A stretch of DNA of 64,000 bases from Escherichia virus TH54. The stretch lies in sequence record MT446420.1; one strand, written 5' to 3'. Shown here piece by piece: positions 48,599 through 62,281 of the stretch (position 1 is the first letter of the stretch; the number at the start of each line of letters is the position of its first letter). The notes below the pieces were generated by a model, which saw only the letters and a program-made list of their open reading frames with translations, did no database searches and was not told where the DNA came from. The position numbers and the translations under genes were made by a program.

Positions 48599-49468
48599 AT
48601 GATTAATCAAACTCCAAAACTTTTAATAGATGTCGGCGAAATTGGTAACGCCAGCACCGGCGATATCTTATATGATGGTGGTCGTAAAATTAACGAAGAT
48701 TTTGATAACATCTATAATACCTTCGGTGACCAACGTCTTTATGCAGTCGATAATGGTCAGAACTCCCAAGTCTTGCATGCTACTGGTTATTATCAAAAAG
48801 CAACAAACATAATCGAATGGAACACTCCTGTTGCGCTTGGTTCTCTCCGTGATGTTGATACCTCCAAGGGTGTTGTTACTGCCAGGATTGCCCGCGGTAA
48901 AATGGGTGAAGGTATTATCTTCATTAATTCTAATGGGACTTTATCGCCAACTCAATCTTTAGAAATCGAACTACAAGGCACAGATACTTTCGTTTCGGCT
49001 CCGACCAACAAAATTCGCTTCACCAGCCCTTATACAAAGATTACTCTTTGGTGTATCGATGATGCAAACGGTGTCGGTACCTGGGATTATTCAATCGAAA
49101 ATATGTTTGGTGTAAAACACATTCCTTTGGACCGAACTTATAATATTGGCCTGAACGCAAGAGATATTCCCATTGCATTGCGCGGTGATTTCAAAACAAT
49201 GAAACTTTTGTTAACCGCTATATCTACCGATGAAACTAAATACAAAGCATCAGAGGTCATGCTCTTTGTAGACACTCAAGCTAACCAAGTGTATAGCACA
49301 GAATACGGTGTATTGCGTCGTGGTCACGTGGATGACGATGACGAGTTATATACCATTAACTTTAAAATAGGCGCTGACAACTTCGTTACGGCGACCGTAA
49401 GCGCACCAGTCTCCATGAAGCTCGCCATTAAGGTAGCCGAGACACAAACCATTGGGGTAGCAATCTAA
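48599..49468 (+). CDS. 9: baseplate wedge / long-tail-fiber socket gp9
   Basis: 289 aa; synteny. Confidence 0.92.
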   Translation: MINQTPKLLIDVGEIGNASTGDILYDGGRKINEDFDNIYNTFGDQRLYAVDNGQNSQVLHATGYYQKATNIIEWNTPVALGSLRDVDTSKGVVTARIARGKMGEGIIFINSNGTLSPTQSLEIELQGTDTFVSAPTNKIRFTSPYTKITLWCIDDANGVGTWDYSIENMFGVKHIPLDRTYNIGLNARDIPIALRGDFKTMKLLLTAISTDETKYKASEVMLFVDTQANQVYSTEYGVLRRGHVDDDDELYTINFKIGADNFVTATVSAPVSMKLAIKVAETQTIGVAI

Positions 49469-51279
49469 TGAAACAAAATTTAAAAATAGGCGTGATGGTC
49501 GATGATGGCACCGGCGATTATCTTCGTCTCGGCGGTCAAAAAATTAATAATAACTTTGATGACCTTTACTACCAGCTCGGTGATGGGGAAAATCCTCATG
49601 CTGCTGGTGCATGGAAAACATGGTCAGTAGCCGACGGCACAACCCTGGAAGCTGTTATGGGTCGTAGTTATGCAGTGAATACCTCAAATGGTATGATTAC
49701 TGTTAAACTCCCTAAAGGAACACCAGCCGAATATAATTACGTTATTCGTTTGCGTGATGTATTTGCAACATGGCAAGTCTCCCCGGTGACGATTGTTCCG
49801 GCTGTCGGCGACACAATGAAAGGTTCTCCTGACCCTGTGGTTATTCGTCGTAACCTAGCGGATATCGAACTGGTTTATTGTTCTCCTGGTCGTTGGGAAT
49901 ATATTGACAACAAACAGATTGACAAGATTTCAAATAACGATGTAGCAACCGTTGAGACTCAGCAATTCATTGCAACAGAAGGCCAAACGGACTTCCTGGA
50001 CGTGTTTAATGGTCGTCCTTATAACATTGCTAGCCTCGAAGTTAAACACCGTGGTAACGACCTGTTTTATGGTAAAGATGATATTTTTGACCCTGATAAT
50101 GCTGAATTTGGTTCGCCTGGCGCAGCAGCTGGTGAAATTGTATCCCTTGACGGTCGCAATATTCGTTTACGTATGCCTTGTGCTGCTGGTGATACAGTCA
50201 TTGTCAGAACATTCAACGATGGTATTGCTCAGTATCGTAGTTCTTATAACCGTCGAGATGTTCAAATTCGTGATTCGAAATTTACTCTTGAAACCCCGGT
50301 TGAAGGTTCTTTGATTGTAGCTGATTTGTCTACTAAGCACACATTTATGGTTACTGAACTGGCGGTATCTCCGAGCAGTCCGATTAACCCGAACGCATGT
50401 GAAGTTTATATCAACAGCATATTACAACACGAAGCAGGAACTGCAAACTATCCAGCTTATACCTGCGAAGGTGCTAATGGTGAAACTGCAGAAGAGTGTA
50501 CAGATAATGGTGGCCAATGGGCCAAATCGAAAGAAGATTATATAACAACCTTTGATGAAAATAACCGCATCGAATCTTTTGAGTTTGCTCGTACATTTGA
50601 AGATGGTGATATTCTGTCCATAGTTTGGTACAATAACGATATCGGTACCACAATGACTCTTGACGAAATTACAGATGAAACAAATAACATTTATGTTTCT
50701 CAAGGTCCAGAAGTTTCAATCACCGGCGATATAAGAATTACGGATTATGATAATCCATTTGCTCCTAACCTGGAACCGGTTGACCCAAGCGAAATTAAAC
50801 CATCTGCTGTTTCGATTCTCTTTAATATGTTCCATCCAATTGGCACAATTTACGAGAACACGACTAACCCAAATAACCCCGCAACATATATGGGTATGGG
50901 GACATGGAAGCGCCTTGAAGAGCGTGTTTTGATTGGTTGGTCTGCTGACCCAGCCTCGAACTTCCATACGAACAATAACGACCTGGATTCTTCTGGTGTT
51001 CCACAGGCAACTGCTGGGGGTACTGGGGGTAATGTACAAATTCACATTAAACCAACCAATATTCCTAAAATTCAGACCGATGAAAAAGTATTAGTAGCTG
51101 ATGCAACTGGCCCAATTATTGTTGGTGGTTGTCAGATTGACCCAGATGCACAAGGTCCGGCTTATACGAACTATCGCGAAGATTATGCGACTATTAATGA
51201 AGCTCTTGACCCACTGGCACAGCCAATAGATATACTTCCTCCATATTTGATTGTTTACCGTTGGGTAAGGATTGCATAA
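49468..51279 (+). CDS. 10: baseplate wedge protein gp10
   Basis: 603 aa; synteny. Confidence 0.92.
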   Translation: MKQNLKIGVMVDDGTGDYLRLGGQKINNNFDDLYYQLGDGENPHAAGAWKTWSVADGTTLEAVMGRSYAVNTSNGMITVKLPKGTPAEYNYVIRLRDVFATWQVSPVTIVPAVGDTMKGSPDPVVIRRNLADIELVYCSPGRWEYIDNKQIDKISNNDVATVETQQFIATEGQTDFLDVFNGRPYNIASLEVKHRGNDLFYGKDDIFDPDNAEFGSPGAAAGEIVSLDGRNIRLRMPCAAGDTVIVRTFNDGIAQYRSSYNRRDVQIRDSKFTLETPVEGSLIVADLSTKHTFMVTELAVSPSSPINPNACEVYINSILQHEAGTANYPAYTCEGANGETAEECTDNGGQWAKSKEDYITTFDENNRIESFEFARTFEDGDILSIVWYNNDIGTTMTLDEITDETNNIYVSQGPEVSITGDIRITDYDNPFAPNLEPVDPSEIKPSAVSILFNMFHPIGTIYENTTNPNNPATYMGMGTWKRLEERVLIGWSADPASNFHTNNNDLDSSGVPQATAGGTGGNVQIHIKPTNIPKIQTDEKVLVADATGPIIVGGCQIDPDAQGPAYTNYREDYATINEALDPLAQPIDILPPYLIVYRWVRIA

Positions 51280-51944
51280 TGACTACGTTGACAAATAAAA
51301 AGGCGAGTGTAATATCTCGCCATGCTGGTTACCTCCAGTTTGATTATACAACTACTGATTCCACTGCTGTAGCGGGTAACCGCTATATCGGTGGTCCGTC
51401 TGCTAACCAGACAAATGATGGTGTATTCTATCCAACAGTCCAAAGTGCAATTGATGATATTGCATTTCGTGCTGAACTTCCTGTTGGTTCGATAATTACC
51501 CGTCATGAGAATACCGCCCCTGGATTTATTAGTCAGTCTGATAAAATTAAGTTCACTGGGTCTATTTCTGGTGAAACTCTTGGCGCAACCGTGCTTATTA
51601 AAGTATTCGGTTTCCCGGTAGAAGTTATTGTTGGTGACTCAAGCGTGCTGGTTGCATCGAAGGTCAATGATGTTCTTTTGACTGCGATTTCACAAGGTCT
51701 TATTCTTGCGGAAACATCAATTGATGCACTGGACCAGTCTATATTAAATATTACATATAACGACTATCAGAATCATATATTTGAAACCAAATCCCAATAT
51801 GGTTGCGTTATGGAACAAACTATTGTTCAACAACCACGTGCCGGGTATGGACAATGGGAATATCTTGGTTTACAAGATGTAACATTGCAAGGTGGTTCGG
51901 TTAATGGTCCAACATCTCTTTACTACTATAAGCGAGTCTACTAA
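51279..51944 (+). CDS. 11: baseplate wedge / short-tail-fiber attachment gp11
   Basis: start at ATG overlapping gene 10 stop. Confidence 0.9.
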   Translation: MTTLTNKKASVISRHAGYLQFDYTTTDSTAVAGNRYIGGPSANQTNDGVFYPTVQSAIDDIAFRAELPVGSIITRHENTAPGFISQSDKIKFTGSISGETLGATVLIKVFGFPVEVIVGDSSVLVASKVNDVLLTAISQGLILAETSIDALDQSILNITYNDYQNHIFETKSQYGCVMEQTIVQQPRAGYGQWEYLGLQDVTLQGGSVNGPTSLYYYKRVY

Positions 51945-53479
51945 TGACAACGACTAACACGCTAAAACATATTAGCGATAAATCCGAATATAAAACATTT
52001 GACCCGGCAGGAACTTCATTTCCTCCGTCGGTAACAAATGTTCAGGAAGCATTGGGAGCTTTGGCTCCTATTGCTATTGATGGATTTATCCCAGAATCTA
52101 CGGTTGCAGTACCAGGTATTATTCGCCTGGCGACCGAACAAGAAGTTATTGATGGCATAGGCAATAACACTGCGGTAACTCCCGAAACTCTTAAAGCTCG
52201 TTTGAATATTCCAACCCAGGCCACAGAGACTGTTGTCGGAATTACCCGTTACGCAACCGATGCAGAAGCTATTGATGGAACAGTAACCGATGCGGCTATT
52301 GTTCCGTCAAGTCTTAAAGCTTCTATTGATAATACATTTAATACCCGCACTTCTACAGAAGACCGTAATGGTGTAATTAAGATTTCGACTCAAGCCGCTG
52401 CTCTGGCAGGAACAGATGATACAACGGCCATGACTCCTTTGAAGGTTTCATTGGCCATTGGTGCAGCAACTGCAGCTCTTCCAACTTATAGCGCAGCAAC
52501 AACCACTGTACAGGGGATTGTTAAAATTGCAACCCCGGCCGAGGTTCAAGCTGGTGCAATGAATAACGGTGTGGCAGTTTCTCCACTTGGACTTATTTCA
52601 TTGACTGCAAATGCCTCCCGCCGAGGGTTGGTCCAATTGGCTTCCAGTGCTGAAGCAATTACAGGTACGGATGCAACAAAAGCAATTACTCCACAAGCTC
52701 TTCAGGCAAAAACTGGTAATACCGGACGACTTGGCATTGTCAAACTGACAACTACCGTTGGTTCAGGGGATGGTAACACTGCTCTTGCATATAATGCAAA
52801 CGTAATTTCAACCACTGGTGGTACAATTACTGGAACTCTTAACGTCAATGGAACTTTACGTAGAAATGGCCAGGACGTTGTAACCCGCAATGAAATTAAA
52901 GATGATGTTCCAATCGGAACTATTATTATGTGGGGTGGGCAGACAGGAAATATTCCTTCTGGTTGGGAAATTTGTGACGGTGGTAATGTCGGTGATGCTG
53001 GTTTCCGAAATGTCGTTGGTAGTAAATGGGGCGCAACTGGTAATAAGCCAGATTTTCGTGGATTGTTTCCTCGTGGTTCAAACAGCTCTAACGATGGTGC
53101 TATGAAGGAATGGGAAACAAACATTAATATAAGAAACGCCAAGGGAAATGATTCCAAACAAAAACCTAAATTGGGCCAAGGTGTTGGTTCATATGGTCAC
53201 GGTACAGTACAGGCACAACAACTCCGTTTCCACAAGCATGCCGGTGGTTTTGGTGAACATGATAATGCCGGTGCATTTGGTAACACAGTTCGTTCAAACT
53301 ATGCAGGCACTCGTAAAGGTTTGGACTGGGATAACCGTTCTTATTTTACGAACGAAGGTTATGAAATCGATGGCGCTGGTAGCCGTGATTCTCGAACTAC
53401 ATTAAACAGCGAAGGTCTGATAGGTAATGAAAGCCGTCCATGGTCTATGTCCATTCTTTTTATTATTAAGGTCAGATAA
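51944..53479 (+). CDS. 12: short tail fiber gp12
   Basis: 511 aa; repeated ...IT.EAI.GT.. segments; synteny. Confidence 0.92.
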   Translation: MTTTNTLKHISDKSEYKTFDPAGTSFPPSVTNVQEALGALAPIAIDGFIPESTVAVPGIIRLATEQEVIDGIGNNTAVTPETLKARLNIPTQATETVVGITRYATDAEAIDGTVTDAAIVPSSLKASIDNTFNTRTSTEDRNGVIKISTQAAALAGTDDTTAMTPLKVSLAIGAATAALPTYSAATTTVQGIVKIATPAEVQAGAMNNGVAVSPLGLISLTANASRRGLVQLASSAEAITGTDATKAITPQALQAKTGNTGRLGIVKLTTTVGSGDGNTALAYNANVISTTGGTITGTLNVNGTLRRNGQDVVTRNEIKDDVPIGTIIMWGGQTGNIPSGWEICDGGNVGDAGFRNVVGSKWGATGNKPDFRGLFPRGSNSSNDGAMKEWETNINIRNAKGNDSKQKPKLGQGVGSYGHGTVQAQQLRFHKHAGGFGEHDNAGAFGNTVRSNYAGTRKGLDWDNRSYFTNEGYEIDGAGSRDSRTTLNSEGLIGNESRPWSMSILFIIKVR

Positions 53480-53488
53480 GGAATAAAA

Positions 53489-55066
53489 ATGATTAACAAA
53501 TTAGAATTAGCGAATCTTCCGTTTGTCGATGGTGTACCAGAAGCTGACCAGAAACGAATTGAATGGATTCGAGATGGTGATTGCTTAACTGCAGCCACTA
53601 CCAAATACGGGCACGATGGTGCCCTTAATGCCGCCGCTTTGGGTGTACAGACCAACGTTGAAACTTTGGAAAAGAATGACACGACCACTAAGGACAAAGT
53701 AAACGAAATAGTCGATAGTGTTAACCAGATTAAAGAAGCTCTGGATATTTCTACCGATACAAGTGTTATTCAACAGATTGAAACCAACCGTAAAAATATT
53801 GTTGACCTCCAAACTGGTTTAGCCGAAACTGATATTGCTTTACTTGATACCGGCACAAATCTCGGTGAATTACAGGAAGATGTTGGTTATTATAACCCGC
53901 TGGAAGATGGACCATATTTGACCGTTCGTGCCAATATTAACCGTATTAAGCGTGAAATGGGTCATTATGCAAACCAAGATATCAATGGCGACCCGTTGCC
54001 TGAAGGCGAAACCAATGATGCCACCGGGATGAAACGTATTATCATCGATAACAGTACAGCAATTGCAACCACGCAACGCCGTCTTACTATTCTCGAGGAA
54101 AATTACAATGATTCTGATGTGGGTGGTCTCACGATTAAATTAAATGAGATACGCGAAGAATTAGGTCCGCGTACAGAAGGTATTGGCAAATCTCCTGTTT
54201 ATACTCGTTTAACTGCGGTTGAAGCTAAAGCCGGAACCAATGAAACTGACATAGGGAATATCAAAACTGCAATTGGTTTTGGTCAAGGTCAAAGTATCGC
54301 AAACCGTGTCGGGACTCTGGAAACCAAGGCAACAAATTTAGAAAATACCACATCTGGTATGAATACAAGATTGTCAAAGGTTGAAACTGATATTGGTACC
54401 GATGCCGAACCTACTTCAATTAATGGACGTCTGAAAACGTTGCGTGACGATATGACAGGTGTTCGTGTTGTTATCGGGGAAAATACAAGCAGCGGTTTGC
54501 AGGGACAAGTTGTTGCCCTTAACGTTGCAGTAGGTATTAGCGATAGCCCTGCACCAACTTCCTTGATTCCGCGTATGCGTGAAGTCGAAACTTCTAGTCG
54601 CGCAAATGCCGCGGCCATTCAGGATATTCAGGCTGAAATCGGTAACAATCAGTCAGGTATCAAAGGTTCTATCCTAACGATTAAATCACAAATCGACGGA
54701 ACTAACCCAAACGGTTCGACTGTTGCTGAAAAAGGTATTCTCCCGACTGTCGAAGGTCTGGCCAATGAAATGCCGACTAAGCTTAGTGACGCTCCATCTG
54801 ATACGAAGATATATGGTCGCCGTGACGGTGCTTGGGCCGAAATCGTAGGTGGTGATGTATCTGCTCTGACATTGCGTATGGATGGTATCGAAACGCGCAC
54901 CGATGAAGCCGAGACGAAGATAACTGAACTTGAAGGTAAAGTATTAGCCTTAGAAACAGAACTCGCCAAAAGGCCTCCTGTTGCTCCTACGGCTGACGGA
55001 CTCCCTTATGTGCTCGTTGATAATGCATGGGTTCTTTTGTCGACATTCGTGACTGTTGGACCATAA
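53489..55066 (+). CDS. wac: fibritin (whisker) Wac
   Basis: long coiled coil; C-terminal foldon-like YVLVDNAWVLLSTF. Confidence 0.92.
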   Translation: MINKLELANLPFVDGVPEADQKRIEWIRDGDCLTAATTKYGHDGALNAAALGVQTNVETLEKNDTTTKDKVNEIVDSVNQIKEALDISTDTSVIQQIETNRKNIVDLQTGLAETDIALLDTGTNLGELQEDVGYYNPLEDGPYLTVRANINRIKREMGHYANQDINGDPLPEGETNDATGMKRIIIDNSTAIATTQRRLTILEENYNDSDVGGLTIKLNEIREELGPRTEGIGKSPVYTRLTAVEAKAGTNETDIGNIKTAIGFGQGQSIANRVGTLETKATNLENTTSGMNTRLSKVETDIGTDAEPTSINGRLKTLRDDMTGVRVVIGENTSSGLQGQVVALNVAVGISDSPAPTSLIPRMREVETSSRANAAAIQDIQAEIGNNQSGIKGSILTIKSQIDGTNPNGSTVAEKGILPTVEGLANEMPTKLSDAPSDTKIYGRRDGAWAEIVGGDVSALTLRMDGIETRTDEAETKITELEGKVLALETELAKRPPVAPTADGLPYVLVDNAWVLLSTFVTVGP

Positions 55067-55071
55067 CAAAA

Positions 55072-55089
55072 GGGCTTCGGCCCTTTTTT
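55072..55089 (+). terminator. rho-independent terminator
   Basis: GGGC-TTCG-GCCC plus T6. Confidence 0.8.
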
Positions 55090-55091
55090 CG

Positions 55092-55099
55092 TATAAATA
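55092..55099 (+). promoter_or_regulatory. late promoter TATAAATA for gene 13
   Basis: exact consensus. Confidence 0.65.
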
Positions 55100-55117
55100 C
55101 AGTAAAGAGGAAAACAT

Positions 55118-56056
55118 ATGGCAACTGAATCATACAACCCAAAACAATTAAAAGATGCAATCCTTCGTCGTCTTGGCGCTCCAATCACGAATATCGAAGT
55201 CACGACCGAACAGGTTTATGATTGCATCCAGCGTGCATTAGAATTATATGGCGAATATCATTATAATGGTTATAACAAAGGATATCAGGCTTTTTATATC
55301 GGTCATGATGAAGTTTCTCAACAGAAATTCCGTGATGGTGTTTTCGATTTAAAAGGACGTAATATTTTTGCAGTAACGCAGATTATTCGTACTAACGTCG
55401 GTTCATTAACTTCGATGGACGGTCAAGCAACATATCCATGGTTTACGGATTTTGTTCTGGGACTTGCCGGAATTAATGGTGGGATGGGAAGTTCGTGTAA
55501 TAGCTTTGGCCCAAATGCTTTTGGTGCAGACCTTGGTTATTTTACACAGCTTATGCAATATCGTTCGATGATGCAAGACCTGATGGTTCCGCTTCCTGAT
55601 TACTGGTATAACGACGATACTGAACAACTTAAAATTATGGGCAACTTCCGTCAGGGAGATGTGATTGTAATTGAAGTTTACACCAAATCCTTTAATGGTG
55701 TTGATGCAATGGCCAGCAATACTGCAGGTTATGGTTATGCTTCCGGTGATTGTTCAAATCCATGGAATGCTGGTGCGCAGTGGGATAACCCGGCTCGCAG
55801 AATAAGTGGCATGAGAGCCGGTGAGGACCTTGGACTTCAAGATGGTGCATACAACAACCGTTGGGTTAAAGACTATGCCACAGCGCTCGTTAAGGAAGTT
55901 AACGGCAACGTATTGGCTAAACACCAGGGGATGATGATGCCAGGTGGTACCACGGTTGATGGTGTTCGTTTAATTGAAGAAGCTCGTATGGAAAAAGAAC
56001 GTCTCCGCGAAGAACTTGACCTGCTGGATGCACCGACTCCTATATTGGTGGGCTAA
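55118..56056 (+). CDS. 13: neck protein gp13
   Basis: 312 aa; synteny. Confidence 0.92.
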   Translation: MATESYNPKQLKDAILRRLGAPITNIEVTTEQVYDCIQRALELYGEYHYNGYNKGYQAFYIGHDEVSQQKFRDGVFDLKGRNIFAVTQIIRTNVGSLTSMDGQATYPWFTDFVLGLAGINGGMGSSCNSFGPNAFGADLGYFTQLMQYRSMMQDLMVPLPDYWYNDDTEQLKIMGNFRQGDVIVIEVYTKSFNGVDAMASNTAGYGYASGDCSNPWNAGAQWDNPARRISGMRAGEDLGLQDGAYNNRWVKDYATALVKEVNGNVLAKHQGMMMPGGTTVDGVRLIEEARMEKERLREELDLLDAPTPILVG

Positions 56057-56841
56057 TGGCTACTTATGACGCAAGATTATTCGCCCGGCTCGAAGACGGG
56101 ACCGGGTATGACAATACCAATGCTACAGAGATATTGAACCCTTATGTAAACTTTATGCATCATGAAAATACCCAGACTTTAGCCGATGCTATTGTTGCTG
56201 AAAGTATTCAGATGCGCGGAATGTCTCTCTATTATATCCCAAGACAATTCGTTAAACCGGATTTGTTATTTGGTGAAGACCTCCAGAGTAAATTTGATAA
56301 AGCATGGAAATTTGCTGGATATCTGGATACGTTCGATGCATATCAGGGTGATGGTTCTATCTTTAGTAAATTCGGTATGACTGTAAACGATGAAATTACA
56401 ATATCGATTAACCCTAACCTGTTTAAACACCAATGCAATGGAACCGAACCTATTGCCGGGGATTTGATTTATTTCCCTCTTGATAACAGCCTGTTCGAAA
56501 TTACATGGGTGCAACCTTATGACCCGTTCTATCAGGTAGGTCAAAACGCCATTCGTAAAATCACCGCGAGCAAATACATTTACTCCGGAGAAGAGCTTAA
56601 ACCCGAATTGCAACGAAATGAAGGTATTAATATTCCAGAATTCAGTGAGCTCGATTTGCAACCAATCCACAATATCGATGGTCTTACAGATATCAGCGAT
56701 ATCCCTTATGCTGAATCCAATGAGATTAACGCAGAAGCAGCTGAATATGTTAAACCGTATTTTGTGCAGAATGGTCGTGGTCTTGAGGCTCCACCTAAGG
56801 CAAAACAGGACAGCTTTGACGATAGTTTCTTTGATGAATAA
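56056..56841 (+). CDS. 14: neck protein gp14
   Basis: 261 aa; synteny. Confidence 0.92.
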   Translation: MATYDARLFARLEDGTGYDNTNATEILNPYVNFMHHENTQTLADAIVAESIQMRGMSLYYIPRQFVKPDLLFGEDLQSKFDKAWKFAGYLDTFDAYQGDGSIFSKFGMTVNDEITISINPNLFKHQCNGTEPIAGDLIYFPLDNSLFEITWVQPYDPFYQVGQNAIRKITASKYIYSGEELKPELQRNEGINIPEFSELDLQPIHNIDGLTDISDIPYAESNEINAEAAEYVKPYFVQNGRGLEAPPKAKQDSFDDSFFDE

Positions 56842-56884
56842 ATACATTTATTAATGCGCCCGAACTGGGCGCCTGGAGGTTACT

Positions 56885-57756
56885 TTGTTTGGGCATTTTT
56901 ATAATTCGTCTCTGCGTCGCTATATCGTTTTAATGGGCGATTTATTTTCCCATGTACAAGTGGCCAGAACCAGAGAAGACACTGGACTTAAATATATTAA
57001 GGTCCCTATTTCTTATGCTTCAAAAGAAAAATTCATGATGCAGCTTGGAAAATGGACCGCTATTCAGAATACACCGACTCCTGACATGTCACCACAAGAA
57101 CGTGCTGCTCAGAAGGCTAAAATCGAGACCGTATTGCCCCGTATGAACCTGCATATGGTTGACTTGATGTATAACGGGCAATATAAAACGGCTCTCCAGA
57201 ATCACACACAGGCGCGATTTGCTAATAACGACCCTCGCAAGCAGATATCTCAATATTCTCCTGTACCGGTCAAAATGATTTTCGAGCTTGGAATATATAC
57301 AAGGCATCAAGATGATATGTTCCAGATTATCGAACAAATCATGCCTTACTTCCAGCCGCATTTTAATACAACCATCACCGAACTTTATACGAATGAAATT
57401 ACGTTCGAACGTGATATAAGAATCGTATTGCAGTCCATAGCAATGGATGAGCAAATTGAAGGTGATGCAATGACTCGTCGTAGACTCGAATGGTCCATTA
57501 TGTTCGAAGTTAACGGTTGGTTATATCCACCGGTCAAGGAAGTAGCCGGGGAAATCCGTACTATCTATCTTGACTTCTTTGCAAATTCCAGAGAGCTTGC
57601 ACCGGAAGGTAATTTCGAATCTGTTGACTCGGAAGCCGTTCCACGAGACGTCGACCAAGAAGACTGGCAAGGCGAATCTGTTCAAACCTATTCGCAGGAT
57701 ATTCCTGTACCGGTTGACCCAGCACCTCCAGCTCCAAGAAAAAATAGGGTACCATT

Positions 57757-57760
<4 letters not shown>
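56885..57760 (+). CDS. 15: tail sheath stabilizer / tail terminator gp15 (apparent TTG start)
   Basis: N-terminus [13 protein letters not shown] matches remembered gp15; GGAGG RBS. Confidence 0.9.
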
Positions 57761-60067
<2,307 letters not shown>

Positions 60068-60096
60068 AAGTAAAGCAAACTATTAGAGGACTCAAA

Positions 60097-62076
60097 ATGG
60101 CTTTATTATCCCCGGGCATTGAGCTCAAAGAAACAACGGTCCAAAGCACTGTTGTTCGTAACGCGACGGGTCGTGCGGCGCTGGTTGGTAAATTCCAGTG
60201 GGGCCCAGCTTTCCAGGTAACTCAAATTACAAACGAAGTGGAACTTGTCGATTTGTTTGGTGGTCCGAACAATATTACGGCTGACTACTTTATGAGTGGA
60301 ATGAACTTCCTTCAATATGGTAATGACCTGCGCACAGTTCGTGTTGTTAACCGTGAATTTGCTAAAAACGCATCCCCAGTAGCAGGGAACATCGAAAGCA
60401 CAATCGCTACTGCAGGTTCTAACTATGCAGTCGGTGACGTTATCCAGGTTAAACACAACCAGACTGTTGTTGAAACCGCTGGCCGTATCACCAAGGTTGA
60501 CGTTGACGGGAAAATCCTTGCGGTCTTCATTCCGTCTGACAAAATTATTGCCTTTGCAAAATCTGTAAATCAGTATCCTGCTTTAGGCCCGGCTTGGACT
60601 GCTGAAATCCTGACCACTTCTTCAGGTGTGTCTGGTACGATTACCCTTGGAAAAATTGTTACCGATTCTGGTATCCTGTTGACCGAAGCGGAAAATAGTG
60701 AAGAAGCTATTACCTCTCTGGAATTTCAGGCTTCCCTACAGAAATATGCAATGCCAGGTGTTGTTGCTCTTTATCCTGGTGAAATCGGCTCGACTCTCGA
60801 AGTTGAAATCGTTTCCAAAGCTGCTTATGATGCTGGTGCTTCGAAGATGTTGGATATTTATCCAGGCGGCGGTTCCCGTGCTTCTGTAGCTCGTGCGGTG
60901 TTTAACTACGGACCACAGTCTGACGACCAGTATGCAATCATCGTTCGTCGTGATGGTGCTATCGTTGAAAACGTTGTTCTGTCAACTAAAGAAGGCGATA
61001 AAGACGTTTACGGCAACAACATTTATCTGGACGACTACTTTGCAAAAGGTACTTCCAATTACATCTATGCAACTTCTCTGAACTGGCCAAAAGGCTTTGC
61101 AGGCATCATCAATCTGATGGGCGGTATTTCTGCAAACGACCAGGTTACTGCTGGTGATTTGATGCAAGGTTGGGACCTGTTTGCTGACCGTGAAGCACTG
61201 CATATTAACCTGCTTATCGCTGGTGCTTGTGCTGGTGAAGGTGATGCGACTGCTTCCACTGTTCAGAAGCACGTAGTTTCTATCGCTGACGAACGTCAGG
61301 ATTGCCTGGCATTTATCTCTCCACCGAAAGGTCTGTTGGTTAACGTTCCCCTGACCCGCGCAGTGGATAACCTGATTGACTGGCGTACGGGTGCTGGTGC
61401 ATTTGATACTGATAACATGAATATCAGCACGACTTATGCAGCGATTGATGGTAACTATAAATATCAGTATGATAAATATAACGACGTTAACCGTTGGGTT
61501 CCTCTGGCAGCTGATATGGCTGGTCTGTGTGCTCGTACTGATGATATTTCTCAGCCTTGGATGTCTCCAGCCGGTTATAACCGTGGTCAGATTCTGAACG
61601 TTCTGAAATTGGCAATCGAACCTCGCCAGACCCAACGTGACCGCATGTATCAAGAAGCTATCAACCCAGTTGTTGGTTTCGCAGGTGGTGATGGTTTTGT
61701 TCTGTATGGTGATAAGACTGCAACTAAAGTTCCATCTCCGATGGACCATATTAACGTTCGTCGTCTTACGAATATGCTGAAGAAAAATATCGGTGACGCA
61801 TCCAAATATAAACTGTTTGAGCTTAACGATAACTTCACTCGTGCATCATTCCGTATGGAAACTTCTCAATACTTGGATGGTATTCGTGCGCTTGGTGGCA
61901 TTTATGAAGGTCGTGTGGTTTGTGATACTACTAACAACACCCCGTCGGTCATTGACCGAAATGAGTTTGTTGCTAGCATTTATTTTAAACCCGCGCGCAG
62001 CATCAACTACATCACTCTTAACTTCGTGGCAACAAGCACGGGTGCGGATTTTGATGAGCTGATTGGGCCACAATAA
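60097..62076 (+). CDS. 18: tail sheath protein gp18
   Basis: 659 aa as T4 gp18. Confidence 0.95.
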   Translation: MALLSPGIELKETTVQSTVVRNATGRAALVGKFQWGPAFQVTQITNEVELVDLFGGPNNITADYFMSGMNFLQYGNDLRTVRVVNREFAKNASPVAGNIESTIATAGSNYAVGDVIQVKHNQTVVETAGRITKVDVDGKILAVFIPSDKIIAFAKSVNQYPALGPAWTAEILTTSSGVSGTITLGKIVTDSGILLTEAENSEEAITSLEFQASLQKYAMPGVVALYPGEIGSTLEVEIVSKAAYDAGASKMLDIYPGGGSRASVARAVFNYGPQSDDQYAIIVRRDGAIVENVVLSTKEGDKDVYGNNIYLDDYFAKGTSNYIYATSLNWPKGFAGIINLMGGISANDQVTAGDLMQGWDLFADREALHINLLIAGACAGEGDATASTVQKHVVSIADERQDCLAFISPPKGLLVNVPLTRAVDNLIDWRTGAGAFDTDNMNISTTYAAIDGNYKYQYDKYNDVNRWVPLAADMAGLCARTDDISQPWMSPAGYNRGQILNVLKLAIEPRQTQRDRMYQEAINPVVGFAGGDGFVLYGDKTATKVPSPMDHINVRRLTNMLKKNIGDASKYKLFELNDNFTRASFRMETSQYLDGIRALGGIYEGRVVCDTTNNTPSVIDRNEFVASIYFKPARSINYITLNFVATSTGADFDELIGPQ

Positions 62077-62134
62077 TTATCATCGCTTAGAATGAATTAA
62101 CTAGCAGCAAAACCGTAGAACCATTATACAGTGC

Positions 62135-62142
62135 TATAAATA
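62135..62142 (+). promoter_or_regulatory. late promoter TATAAATA (distal, inside inverted repeat)
   Basis: exact consensus. Confidence 0.5.
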
Positions 62143-62221
62143 AAAGCATAATCGGTTCTACGGGCTCCTGTGGTTGATTCTGGGAAGCCATTATCTTGAG
62201 ATGATGAATCATATTACCTAG

Positions 62222-62229
62222 TATAAATA
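62222..62229 (+). promoter_or_regulatory. late promoter TATAAATA for gene 19
   Basis: exact consensus. Confidence 0.6.
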
Positions 62230-62281
62230 CATGCATCAGGGGCGCGTACGCGCGACCTGTGTCTATAAAGAGGATTCCTTA

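Noticed and set aside
60982-61749. 255-aa minus-strand ORF inside gene 18
   Set aside because: Antisense to a strongly supported tail sheath gene; no RBS or start context. Same reasoning for the other antisense track ORFs in the late region (e.g. 47569..47982, 52702..53157, 56266..56847, 62623..63547).
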